64,000 nt of DNA from Octopus bimaculoides. Taxonomy: Eukaryota. The notes beneath the pieces were generated by a model. That model was given only the letters and a program-made list of their open reading frames with translations, was not told the DNA's origin and made no database searches. The translations under genes were made by a program, and so were the position numbers. Shown piece after piece: positions 51,701-61,097 of this stretch. The number at the start of each line of letters is the position of its first letter. Within the stretch, counting starts at the first letter, position 1. The DNA lies in NCBI RefSeq assembly GCF_001194135.2, contig NC_068985.1, forward strand, positions 122,539,007-122,603,006, read 5' to 3'.

Positions 51701-53213
51701 TTTTACTGATTGTATTCTGAGTTCATGGGTGATAAACATAATTCATCATCCAGTTTAACACCCCTACCTGGGACCTTGGGTGTCTTTAGTGGAGTTCACT
51801 CTATTACAAGCATTCATGTTATATTTTTGCTTTGAGCATAACTTCCTCCATTTCTCCTACAAGTCTTGGAGACTGGTAAGAATAACGAGTAATGAGCAGG
51901 CTCTTCTTTCCATGACTATGTCAAAGAAAATTATATAATGAAATAAAATTATACATATGGAATGAAAGTATCTGGGTGGAAAGGAACGATTGTGTGATTA
52001 AGAAGCTTGCTTCACAGCCATGTTTCTTGATTCAGTTACATTGTATGGTACCATGCCTTCCCCTAAACCTATTTAATTCTTAACATCCTTTTTAAAATTT
52101 TCTAAGTCAGAAGCTCAGTCTTGTTATGATTCAGCAGAAAATACTTAAAAATGGGCTTGCTTAGTCAAATGCTTAGAGTGTATTTACTTATGGCTAAATA
52201 TTCATATAAAAATGGCATTATTATTTTTTTAAATGTAAATAGTTATTTGCACTAAAAATGTTGAGCATGTTTGGATGTTAATTTATCACATAAAGATACC
52301 AAAAAAAAGAAAACCCCAAAAACTGATGCACTCAAAAATGCAGATGAAAAGACATGTTAGTAATAAACTGGATGTGATTAGTAACAGGCATAGACATACA
52401 AACATCACTCAAAACAAAAAAAACCCCAGATTTTCCCTGACCTTAATGCAGTTTTTTATCATTAAATTTACAGGTAAACTGAGTTAATTCCTTCAGAAAC
52501 AACATACCCACATATGCACAAAAAAAAAAAAAAAAATCCATGTGGTTGGGATGGGAAGCAAGCTTCTTGCCACATGGGTGAAGCAGTGTTTTGAGGACTT
52601 GGGGTTAGCTCTGGCTGTGACTGACTTACAAGAAAATTGAATCAATGGTAGATTCCGTGTAGCATCTTGAACAATTTCAGGAGCAGAAGAATAGATTTGT
52701 TATAAGATTTTCTTTGGAATGCTGGCTGTTATTTAAGTGTGATGTACACACACATACAGAGTTTCAATCTTGCAATGAAGAAATGGTAGTTAGAATAAGG
52801 TAGAAAAAGAACTAGAAACAACCTTTAAACTTAATAGTTCTGGTTGTGAGGGATCTGTCACAAGCAGATAATTGCTACAAATAGACATAAGAATTAACCT
52901 TACTTGATTTGCCTCTAATCTGACTTACAGCAAAAGTGTATGGAACTTACAGCAAAAGTGTATGGTAGGTCATATGGGAAAAACTAAATACATGTGATCA
53001 GTAGAGTGAGTGCTTAGAAGGAAAAGAAAAACCAAGTGATAACAAGAATATAACTGCACCAGTTCTTTTTTACTTTAGCCTTCAATGTTGAAATCAAAAA
53101 ATACTATGAATACATAAATAAAACAAATGAATTATTTAAAAACCTAAAATATTTAACAAAAAAATTGTGATTCTTACCAGATTTTCGTCGTAAGAAGCTC
53201 ATTTTCCTTGTTT
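7937..53213 (-). CDS. PRKAR2: cAMP-dependent protein kinase type II regulatory subunit, spliced CDS (12 exons in window, 5'-partial: D/D-domain exon not found)
   Basis: Manual splicing of 12 GT-AG exons (36,53,84,42,65,154,102,75,63,52,69,131 nt) gives one open frame. It has the RII-type inhibitor site RRKSV, two CNB domains with phosphate-binding cassettes [15 protein letters not shown] and [15 protein letters not shown], and the RII-like C-terminus [24 protein letters not shown]. Confidence 0.96.
8290..9720 (+). mobile_element. decayed RTE-clade LINE fragment in the last intron
   Basis: ORF 8337-8669 ISVYVSQ...MAGDFTTHW...[10 protein letters not shown]...[18 protein letters not shown] resembles the RTE APE domain; degenerate coding-like sequence continues downstream (3' boundary approximate). 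Confidence 0.75.
9861..9929 (-). CDS. PRKAR2: PKA-RII exon [23 protein letters not shown](V), CNB-B cassette, 69 nt
   Basis: ctctctcttacag|AACTAG...TTGCAG|gtaaat; phase 1/1. Confidence 0.96.
10929..10980 (-). CDS. PRKAR2: PKA-RII exon [17 protein letters not shown](E), 52 nt
   Basis: tttttctcatgacag|GGAGAT...TTGGTG|gtgagt; phase 0/1. Confidence 0.95.
12236..13065. mobile_element. head-to-head pair of SINEs (minus copy 12236-12505; plus copy 12535-13065 interrupted by an RTE tail)
   Basis: Both copies show the family head and tail in opposite orientation, about 30 bp apart. Confidence 0.75.
13480..13542 (-). CDS. PRKAR2: PKA-RII exon [21 protein letters not shown], 63 nt
   Basis: ttacttttag|GGAGAT...AAAAAG|gtaaat. 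Confidence 0.96.
14158..14354. repeat. 48-bp minisatellite inside an RTE-tail repeat, spanning a gap
   Basis: CGGGATGCATTTATGTGCCACCAGCATGGGTGCCAGTTTGCATGACAC, at least 4 copies. Confidence 0.85.
15180..15620 (-). mobile_element. decayed RTE-like LINE 3' ORF fragment
   Basis: Minus-strand pieces [50 protein letters not shown] resemble the RTE ORF C-terminus. Confidence 0.7.
15700..15774 (-). CDS. PRKAR2: PKA-RII exon [25 protein letters not shown], 75 nt
   Basis: ttttcctcttag|AATTAT...AGACAG|gtaagt. Confidence 0.96.
16532..16854. repeat. fold-back inverted repeat, 128-bp arms, 67-nt spacer
   Basis: Arms 16532-16659 and 16727-16854 differ at about 17 positions by manual alignment. Confidence 0.9.
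18941..19183. mobile_element. piggyBac-type MITE copy, right end degenerate
   Basis: TTAACCCTTTAGCATT start; body matches 19373-19592. Confidence 0.75.
19373..19592. mobile_element. piggyBac-type MITE, 220 bp
   Basis: TTAA|CCCTTTAACATT ... GGCTAAAGGG|TTAA; TTAA at both ends. Related copies at 156-365 and 18941-19183. Confidence 0.8.
20570..21340. repeat. degenerate ~22-bp minisatellite (ATATGACTGTGACACATACA core)
   Basis: Near-perfect units at 20573-20650, decaying toward 21340. Confidence 0.8.
21380..21481 (-). CDS. PRKAR2: PKA-RII exon [34 protein letters not shown], 102 nt
   Basis: ttttttccag|GACAGA...CTTGAT|gtaaga; DRxTFRRI and RKMY motifs. Confidence 0.97.
22060..22400 (+). mobile_element. 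tRNA-derived SINE, same family
   Basis: GGTGGCTGTGTGGTAAGAAGTTTGCTTCCCAACCACATGG... through tail GTCAATTGACTGAAGCAAATGAAA. Confidence 0.85.
23345..23700 (+). mobile_element. SINE head followed by an inverted RTE-tail repeat
   Basis: GTGGCTGTGTGGTAAGAAGCTTGC... to GAAACTGAAAGAAACC, then CATCGTTATTTAATGTCAGTTTTCCATGC... Confidence 0.75.
23700..23832. repeat. (TG)n microsatellite with gap
   Basis: Direct inspection. Confidence 0.98.
24053..24206 (-). CDS. PRKAR2: PKA-RII exon with CNB-A phosphate-binding cassette (SGQYDVY...[15 protein letters not shown]...VWAL), 154 nt
   Basis: atttatttgcag|TGGACAG...GCCTTA|gtaagt; phase 2/0. Confidence 0.97.
24278..24570. repeat. 104-bp tandem repeat (2 units plus partials)
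   Basis: ATGTCAGAT recurs at 24287, 24391 and 24495. Confidence 0.85.
24748..25756. repeat. long imperfect inverted repeat / fold-back element (arms about 24748-25112 and 25415-25756)
   Basis: The arms are reverse complements; the ORF track shows the shared [13 protein letters not shown] on opposite strands. Confidence 0.9.
26115..26179 (-). CDS. PRKAR2: PKA-RII exon [21 protein letters not shown](S), 65 nt
   Basis: gttgttgtag|GTAGAA...GACAG|gtttgt; [15 protein letters not shown] motif. Confidence 0.96.
27128..27169 (-). CDS. PRKAR2: PKA-RII exon [14 protein letters not shown], 42 nt
   Basis: tttttcattgcag|GAAAGA...AGAAAG|gtaatt; DAMFE motif. Confidence 0.94.
28419..28662. repeat. (GAGT)n microsatellite with gap
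   Basis: Direct inspection. Confidence 0.98.
29534..29617 (-). CDS. PRKAR2: PKA-RII exon [28 protein letters not shown], 84 nt
   Basis: tgttcag|GTAATACAT...GAGCCA|gtaagt; RII linker/N3A motif. Confidence 0.96.
31295..31690 (-). mobile_element. full-length tRNA-derived SINE (octopus-type)
   Basis: Minus-strand head GGAGTGGCTGTGTGGTAAGTAGCTTGC...GGGTTCAGTCCCACTG with A-box and B-box-like motifs, internal (TA/TG) tract and tail ...GTCAAATGACTGAAACAAGTAAAAG; many diverged copies in the window. Confidence 0.88.
33437..33489 (-). CDS. PRKAR2: PKA-RII exon [18 protein letters not shown], 53 nt
   Basis: ttctttcag|TTTGTGCT...GTAAAA|gtaaga; phase 1/0. Confidence 0.95.
35385..35605 (+). mobile_element. 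second SINE family copy (GGCAGCAGGCTGGCAGAATCGTTAGC... type)
   Basis: Diverged copies near 11200, 17270, 17400, 34860, 36100, 46600 (-), 51570. Confidence 0.75.
36275..36842 (-). mobile_element. probable non-autonomous Helitron
   Basis: Minus strand A|TCTACTATAATAATAG... to hairpin GCTGTC-ATTTTT-GACAGC, 10 nt, then CCAG|T (canonical CTRR variant); internal TG/TA microsatellite. Confidence 0.55.
37869..38552 (-). mobile_element. 5'-truncated Tc1-type DNA transposon, catalytic half of transposase with DD36E spacing
   Basis: ORF 37923-38552: [11 protein letters not shown] (first D replaced by H), [36 protein letters not shown]. One TIR CACAAGGGTTGGTCAAAATAATGGAAACACC next to TA at 37867-37868. 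Confidence 0.92.
38829..40105 (+). mobile_element. full-length inactive mariner (D,D34D; irritans-like TIR)
   Basis: 28-bp TIRs CGAGGGGTGTCTGAAAAGT(T/C)TTGAGCCT, 27/28 identical; TA after the right end, CA at the left end in a microsatellite. Transposase 39009-40041 with [31 protein letters not shown]; one frameshift near 39236-39300 and stops at 39547, 39667, 39685. Confidence 0.95.
40817..41040 (-). mobile_element. young RTE 3'-tail/SINE-like repeat with (GAT)n tail
   Basis: (CAT)n-CGTTTAACGTCTGCTTTCCATGCTAGCATGGGTTGGACG...; related copies near 10250, 13960, 34500 (+), 43700, 48180 (+), 56600, 61870. Confidence 0.85.
41996..42890. repeat. compound (TA)n/(TACA)n microsatellite around a 365-nt gap
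   Basis: Direct inspection; source of the longest spurious ORFs. Confidence 0.95.
50050..50410. repeat. degenerate C/A-rich tandem repeat
   Basis: Recurring CCATCTACTGAAAGCTCACATC-like motif. Confidence 0.55.
53178..53213 (-). CDS. PRKAR2: PKA-RII exon, inhibitor site (x)[13 protein letters not shown], 36 nt, phase 1/1
   Basis: ttttcag|AAACAAGG...AAATCTG|gtaaga; the RRKS joins the next exon to give [13 protein letters not shown]. Confidence 0.88.
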
Positions 53214-54984
53214 CTGAAAAATAAAATAAAAAAGTGAAGGAAAATCTCGTTAAAATTTCTATGTACTTTTCTGAAATGAGAGAAAAAAATTAAATAATTT
53301 TTGTTCTTTCAGGAGATGTACCAGTTAAATTGCTAGTTACATTCTCATTGTATGATGAATATGAAGAAGTCAATATGGCTTCAGACAAATTTATACAACC
53401 CACTACGAGTACATAATTTAAAACTTAACTAATACCATATAAAATTTAACTGAAGGGTGAAAGATAACAAAGAAAAAAGTCACTAAAAGAATAAAAAAAG
53501 AAGAAATAATAATGGAATAATTTTACATTTTAAACTGCATTTGTTATGGAAATCATTTTCGCTTGCAGCAATAATACTTTAACGAATATAATTCATGTAA
53601 TGAATTTATTTATTAGATGAATATATTAAAGGAAAGGGTTGTTGCTGTTGTTATTGTTTAACCCCAGGTTAGCTCTGATTGTGTAGACCTATGATCGAAG
53701 TTTTTCCAGCCATGACCATCCTACATTTTTAGAAAGTTCTAGGACCTTATTATCTAATGTGTCCTTTTAATACAATAGACATGTTTTTTTTTTAACTTGC
53801 TGAGTCTAGATAAGAAATTGTGCCCATGGCCTTTACAAGTTCCATTCAAGGCTTGTCATTGAAACCACTAATGATTTGAAGGAGATTTGGCAGCCAAATA
53901 TAATAACCAAATCTCCTTCAAATCACTACCCCACTGTTTTAAATGGACAGTTGATGCAAAAGGCAAGGAATCCAGGCTATATGTGTTTGCTGGCCTTTTG
54001 CCATCTCCACCCAGGTACATCCAACTCACTGGTCTCTCCTCTTATCACCATCCATATTAAGTGCATCTCACCTCCACATTCACACTAATACTACGCCTAT
54101 TTCTTCCTTTTCAGAATGTTGATCCTCTAGATACAAAGTTGTTAGCTGATAAGAGAGACAATCTCTCTTAGCAGCTTGTGGCACCCGCTGGCTGGTTTAT
54201 GTGACTGAAGAGGAGATAACCACTCCAAAATGCTTGCATCTCAGTTTGAGTAGAGGATGCTGTGGGTTGATTTTAGTGTATTTACACCATGTGTCTACAG
54301 GGAGAAATTTTCTCCACAACAAAACACTGTGAATGGCTTTCTTACAGGTTCAAATATGCCTCAAACATGTTTGAACTGGTAATAACCTTGTATTTATACA
54401 CATCACTGCTTAGTGCTTCCATCTTGTAATTTGATCCTCTAGAATTCCTTCCTTGAACTGACCAAAAAGAATACTAACTGTACTGTTCTGTTCTCACTCA
54501 TCTTTGAGAGCTTATAACAACTATGAGCACATTCACTTCCTCTAAATGATAAAAAAAAACAACAAATAAATAAAATCATTGTGCCATGCGTACCATAGAA
54601 TTTAAACTATTCTGAATACCATGCAATATGTTTTCTGATGCATTTGCTTAGTCAGTTGGCGTTAACAACCAACTCTGATCAAAATAAAGAAGACTCATCC
54701 AGTGAGTTTCCATCTCGAAGTAACATGAATTGATAATAATTTCAAATGTCTGTGTATTTACAATTTGTAAATATTTACCTGAGGATAGGTAGGGTTTATA
54801 TCAGTCATGGACAACCTGTGGCTCACAGGACTTTCTGAATGCCATACCTAAATGAAACAAAAATTACTTTGAAATTTTTTTTAGTTGTGTGGCTTGCCTG
54901 ATGATAAAACTATATTTCTTGCAGTCCGCTTCTTGAAAAAGGTTGACCATGCCTGGTTTATATTGTATATAGGTGCAGGCATGG

Positions 54985-55675
54985 CTTCCCAACCTCATGG
55001 CTCTGGGTTCAGTCCCACTGTATAGTACCTTAGGAAAGTGTCTTCTCCTATAGCCACGGCTGACCAAAGCCTTGTGAATGGATTTGGTAGACGGAAACTG
55101 AAAGAAGCCTATTGTGTGTATATATATATATATATATTATTTTGTTTAAAAGAGTTCCAACACTGTCTGTTTTTTATGTTTTATTTATATTCCTGCAAAA
55201 CCAATGTGGGATATAGAATATGGAATATACAATATATAATATAATATACAATGTATAATATAAAATAAAAATGGATGGTACTATGAAATAAAGTATTGAA
55301 TGTCTTATTGAATATATGGAATATGTCTTATTGAATAGATGAAATATTGAGTGTTCAATACAAAGGATTAAATATATAAATATATAAAGGCGAATATGTA
55401 TTTTCTATACCTTGTAGTATTTCATATTTTCTATACCTTGTGGTATTTCATCATGGCCGGTATGACAGACTTTAACATATATATATATATGCATGTGTAT
55501 GTATCACCACTGCTTGATAATCAGTGTTGATGCGTTTATATCTCCGTAACTTAGTGATTCATCAAAAGAGACTGATAGAATAAGTACAAGCCTTAAAAAT
55601 ATAAATAATAAAAGTTCTTCAACACAGTGCCCTAGCATGGCTGCAGTCTAATAACTTAAACAAGTAAAAGATAAA
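54985..55675 (+). mobile_element. SINE split by an AT-rich insertion (head 54985-55110, tail 55490-55675)
   Basis: Family head and tail motifs separated by about 380 bp of AT-rich sequence. Confidence 0.65.
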
Positions 55676-57716
55676 AGATAAATGTTCTTCAGCTTGTTTT
55701 AACCATTATAGATAAACGCATGGTGGAGCACTGATGATGATGATGATGATGATGATGATATTGGCTGTCATTGCAGCTGCTGCTATCAGTTACTGGGAGT
55801 TTGTGGGGGTGGAGAAAGGGTCAATGTAATTGATTAACACCTAGCCCACCCCCACAAATTACTGGGCTTATGCTTAAGTTAAGACCAATTATTATTATCA
55901 TTTTTCAAATATTTTTTATGGTGCAGTACTTCAATGTTGATTATATTTTAAGAACGTATTTGTGGAGAGTGAGCAAGTGATAAAAGCCAAATATGTCATC
56001 TATTTTCTGGCCACGAAGAGTAAGATTACAAATTTTTAGGATGTAATTTTGGCCAGGTTATAGATATTTGGCAATGTTTTAAATATATATATTATATGTA
56101 TTTGAATTTAGTAGGTGATGAGAAATTATCTATTATAATAATGAGTGGAGTGTGTTTTAGGCCCAGAATTATTGGTAGTTGCACCTGATCACCTGCCAAC
56201 CAAGATAACTGGTCACACACACACACTGCTTTGTTAAAAAATTTGAAAGTAAAGAAGAAATTTAGTATGTACCAGACATATCCAGGTTAAAAAGTTCATT
56301 TTATTGTTGCTGACAGGTTGTATTTCCATGGCAAAACAAAATGCAGAAATGGGGGTGCAACAAACATAAGGATGAATTATACGATCAGTATGAGGTTATG
56401 ATACAAGGTCTTTTACACCTCAGCTATACTCATCAACAAAAACACATACATGCATATATTCATACATGCATGCATATATCATCATCATCGTTTAACGTCC
56501 GCTTTCNNNNNNNNNNATAGATAGATGCATGCATGCATGCATGCATACATACATACATGTAGAATACACTTACATATACCTGCCAAATGAATTGTACCCA
56601 CATCATCATCATCATCATTTAATGTCCATTTTCCATGTTGGCATGGGTTGGACAGTTTGACTGGAGATGGTATGGTTTCTATGGTTGGATGCCCTTCGTA
56701 ATGTCAACCACTTTACAGAGTGCATTGGGTGCTTTTTATGTGGCACCAACGTCTGTGCTTTTAATGTGGTATCATCACAGATGCTTTTTATGAAGCACCA
56801 GCATTGGTATCAATTCTGCTGTAGTAAATGGGTCTTTTTGAATACAGCCAGAGTCAGATATCTCAATTCTTTGTTATCTCCTAGCAAAGTCACCTCTAGC
56901 AAAATCAGAATAAAGCTTTCTGGACAATAACAACATATATATTTATTAGAGGTATATCTTCCTGAAAAGGAATCAATCACACATAATGTGTGCTCTTTTA
57001 TCAGCTGATAATTCCATATATTTACTATATATTAATGTCCATTACAGTATCTCAAATGCCAAACAATAGATGAAATTACAAAATATTTCATCATCCATAT
57101 ACCATAAAAGATTATAGGAATTAACTTCATTAGAAATTCCTAGTAAATAGTTAGTGTTTATCTTTAGATCAAAACATATTTAGAAGAATATTAAATTTCA
57201 ACTTTGTAATTCAGACTTTTGACTAATGACTGTTGGTGATCTACATCGACAAAAATTATGCAGTGACATTTATGAGTTTGGTTAAGTTTATATTCTGTGG
57301 ATAAGAGGAGGAATCTGACATTTCAAGATTGTCAAGATGAATGTAGGCCTTGAAAGAGAAATAACAAAAAAAAAAAGAGAAAAAGAAACCAACAAGAAAA
57401 AACCTGTCACAGCTGATGGGCAGTATCCCAAACATTCCTGTAGCATATGAACTTATAAAACTTAGTAGTCCTCATCATTATATGTCTGTCTGTCTGTCTA
57501 TAAATAAGGCAGAGGAATGCTTGTATGGTAACACATATGCCTAGTAACCATATGGTTCCAGGTTCCATCCCAATACCTCGCACCTTGTGCAAATGTCTTC
57601 TGTTATAGTGCCAGACTGACTAATGCTTTGAGAGTGAAATTAGTAGATATTTTCAGTTATACAGCATGATGCTTTGTGTAAGTATTTTTGCTATAGACCT
57701 GAACTGACCACATATT

Positions 57717-57747
<31 letters not shown>

Positions 57748-58233
57748 CTGTGCATGCTGCTTTGTCTTGACATCATATGATAGTTGTAAATGAGTGACAA
57801 CAGTCGCTTGCAATCTTTTGTGGAGAAATGTTCAGCCTTTGTGCAGTTAATGCTGAAAGAACTAGGGTAAATTTTAGTGATAGAAGGAGCATCTAGCTTT
57901 AGAAAATCAATGCATTTGATTTTCTTGATACATTTTGCATCAAATGCAAAATGCATCAATGAATTTTTTTCACTCATGCAAGCATAGGAAAGTAGGCATC
58001 AAAACAATGATTCTGATATTATTTCTCTCTAGGTGAAATACCTGAAACTTTGGAGGAGAGTCTAGTCAATTACATTAACCTAAGTGTTCAACAAGTATTT
58101 TATTGACCTCAAAAGGATGAAACTCAAAGTTGACTCTTGTGGTATTTGAACTCAGAATGTAAGGAGCTGGAAGAAATCCTACTAGGGATTTTGTCTGATG
58201 TTCATATGATGATGTTAATGACTAATGTGTGTA

Positions 58234-58280
<47 letters not shown>

Positions 58281-58667
58281 ATGTAGATATGTTGGAGTTA
58301 GGAAATCAATATTTGAAGCTTTCAAAAGGATATTTATTTATTATATCACATACTTATTGCCTTAAGTTATAAAAATGTAGAAAAAATTATATTATGTATA
58401 TATAAAAAAAAAAAATAGATGTAAAAATATAACAATAAATATAAGTTTAAATATAAAAATATGTATGTGTGAGTGCATATATGTGTACGTTGGCAATCTA
58501 AAATTATCTTACGATCGTTTCACGAAAATATTGTTGCTGTAATAATACCCTAAATGGATTATTATATATAGATAATATTTCTGCTCATCAATTGATACCA
58601 TAATATATACGAGCACTCAATATAAATTCAGTGTGCCATATTCCTATTGAATATTTCTAATTAATGA

Positions 58668-58699
<32 letters not shown>

Positions 58700-58703
<4 letters not shown>

Positions 58704-59770
58704 GCTGCATACAAGAGGTAAGGTGGAGAGGAGCTTCAGCCAGGGTCCTCACAGGCAAGGCACGTAGGTATAAAATCTTCTGGCAAGGTAACAAGGATGG
58801 AGTAGGGGGTGTAGGCATACTCCTTGCAGAGAAATGGGTGGATAAGGTCATAGAGGTTGTCAGGGTATGCGATAGAGTGCTTAAGCTCAGGCTAGTCTTG
58901 TAGAATAGTATAGCTACAATTATCTTTGCTTACGCCCCACAAGTGGGCCTACCAAACAATCAGAAGGACCACTTTTATGATACCTTTCTACAGGCTACCT
59001 CAAAGACGAGTGGCAATGATCTCATCATTGTGGCTGGAGATTTTACTCTCTAACAGTGGAAGGAACCCGTGGAAGAGAGAGACCCAGGAAGACATGGGAT
59101 GAGGTGGTGAAGCATGACCTTCAAACATTGGGCCTCACAGAAGCAATGACGAAAGACCAAGATCTCTGGAGATATGCTGTGACTGAGGAAACCCAGCGAG
59201 TAAAGTGAGATCACAGCTGTAGCCTACACCAGTGTCGCATAACCAGCCCACTTAAAAAAGTACCCTTGGGTCGTTGGGTGATGTATTTGAGGAGACCTAC
59301 TGAGTCAAGTAAATCAAAATCAAATCACAATCAAATAGAAGTTGTAGTTGTGGCTGATGCTAGTGCCGCCTGACTGGCTCCCATACTGGTGGCATTCAAT
59401 AAGCACCATTCATGTGTGGATCGTTACCAGTGCTGCCTGACAGGCTCCCCGTGCCAATGGCACGTAAAAAGCATCATTCAAACGTGGTCGATGCCAGCCT
59501 CCTCGCCCCAACTGGCTCCTGTGCCGGTGGCATGTGAAAAGCACTATCTGAATGTGGCCGATGCCAGTACCATCTGACTGGCTCCCATGCTGGTGGCACG
59601 TAAAAAGCACCCACTACACTCTTGGAGTGGTTGGCATTAGGAAGAGCATATCAGCTGTAGAAATATTGCCAGATCAGATTAGAGCATGGTGCAACCTCCT
59701 GGCCGCAGTCAAACTGTCCAATCCATGCCAGCATGGAAAATGGATATCAAACGATGATGATGATGAGGAT
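58700..59770 (+). mobile_element. internally deleted RTE-clade LINE (APE endonuclease fragment joined to ORF C-terminus and 3'UTR with (GAT)n tail)
   Basis: CCIQEVRWRG...GVGGVGILLAEKWVDKV...YAPQVG...IIVAGDF, then abruptly LTVEGTRGRERPRKTWDEVVKHDL...; the 3' end ...TCAAACGATGATGATGATG resembles the dispersed tail repeat. Confidence 0.88.
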
Positions 59771-59867
59771 AATGATGATGTATGTTGATAATTACAATTG
59801 TAAGTATTTTATTTTGATATGTACATCTTGTTTTGTTTTCTGTTCATCTCATTTATATAACATATAT

Positions 59868-59868
59868 A

Positions 59869-59902
<34 letters not shown>

Positions 59903-59985
59903 CCTCCCTCTCTCTCTCTCCCTCTCTCCCTCTCCCTCTCCCTCTCTCTCTCTCCCTCTCCCCTCCTCCTCCCCCTCTCTCTATT
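59868..59985. repeat. (CT)n polypyrimidine microsatellite
   Basis: Direct inspection. Confidence 0.95.
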
Positions 59986-60601
59986 TATCTATCTAATGTA
60001 AACAAGCATTCTCTGTAGACTTTGTTGCACTGAAATACACAATAGATATATTTGATGAATATTCACCAATATAGATCCTATTCTGTGAGTTAAATTTTAC
60101 AACTGAAACTTCAGTGCTTTTGCCTAAAGAATTCTTACCCCCACAGAGACATTTTCTGAAAATTGCATCATTTCATATTAGTTTACTCATGTATCGCTTT
60201 ACGTCAGACACAAGTATATAAATGAATCTACTTTCTGCAAATAATCTTTGGCAATTTTCTTGCTGGTGATGTGCATGGCTGTGTGATATTTAAATTGCTT
60301 CTTTTCTGTCTTTACAGAAATACAGTTAGGTCCAGGGTGAATAGATATTTGTATTTTGATATGTACACTTCCATCAATTTTCTGTTTATTTCAAATGCAT
60401 TATATCCATGTTTGTATGCATGCATTTGTGTATATATCACACACACACATACGCACATTTTTGATGAAGGGAGTGAGTTAATGTACAGCACAAACATTTA
60501 ATCACTATAAATAAATCATCTGCTTTGGTAGTTTGGCAAGGTATTGTGGAACTCCTCTGTCATTAATGATAGGAGAGCCCACAACGTGTGAGCATGTGTT
60601 G

Positions 60602-60634
<33 letters not shown>

Positions 60635-61097
60635 TGTGTGAATATACCTATGTATGCGTCTTTGTCTCTGTTCTCCACCAGTGCTTGACAACTGGTGTTG
60701 GTTTGTTTCATCCCATAACATAGCAGTTCAGCAAAAAGAGAATGATAGAATAAGTACCAGGCTTTAAAAAGTAGTTCTGGGGTTGATTTGTTTGACTAAA
60801 CCCTTCAGGACAGTGCTCCAGCATGGCTGCAGTCTAATGACTGAAACAATTAAAAGCTAAAAGATAAACTTCTATATAGACAAACACACACACATAACAG
60901 GCTTCTTCCATCTATATATATATATAAATTTCTTCCATCTATATATATATATATATAACAATTTGAAAATCCTACGCGATTAGGTGAAAAGCGCTTTATT
61001 TAATTTATAAAACATGTGACATTAATAAAAATCTGTAAATGTACAAACATCCAGATTTCTGAGTACCTTAATTTTTTTCTATAATATAATTTCTGTA

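Noticed and set aside
57790-58100. Plus-strand MSDNSRLQSFVEKCSAFVQLMLKELG and GEIPETLEESLVNYINLSVQQ segments with splice-like sites
   Set aside because: Phases are incompatible (joining gives an immediate stop) and there is no homology; consistent with chance.
60139-60155. 17-nt minus-strand micro-exon-like segment containing ATG
   Set aside because: Does not join in an open frame to the downstream PRKAR2 exons.
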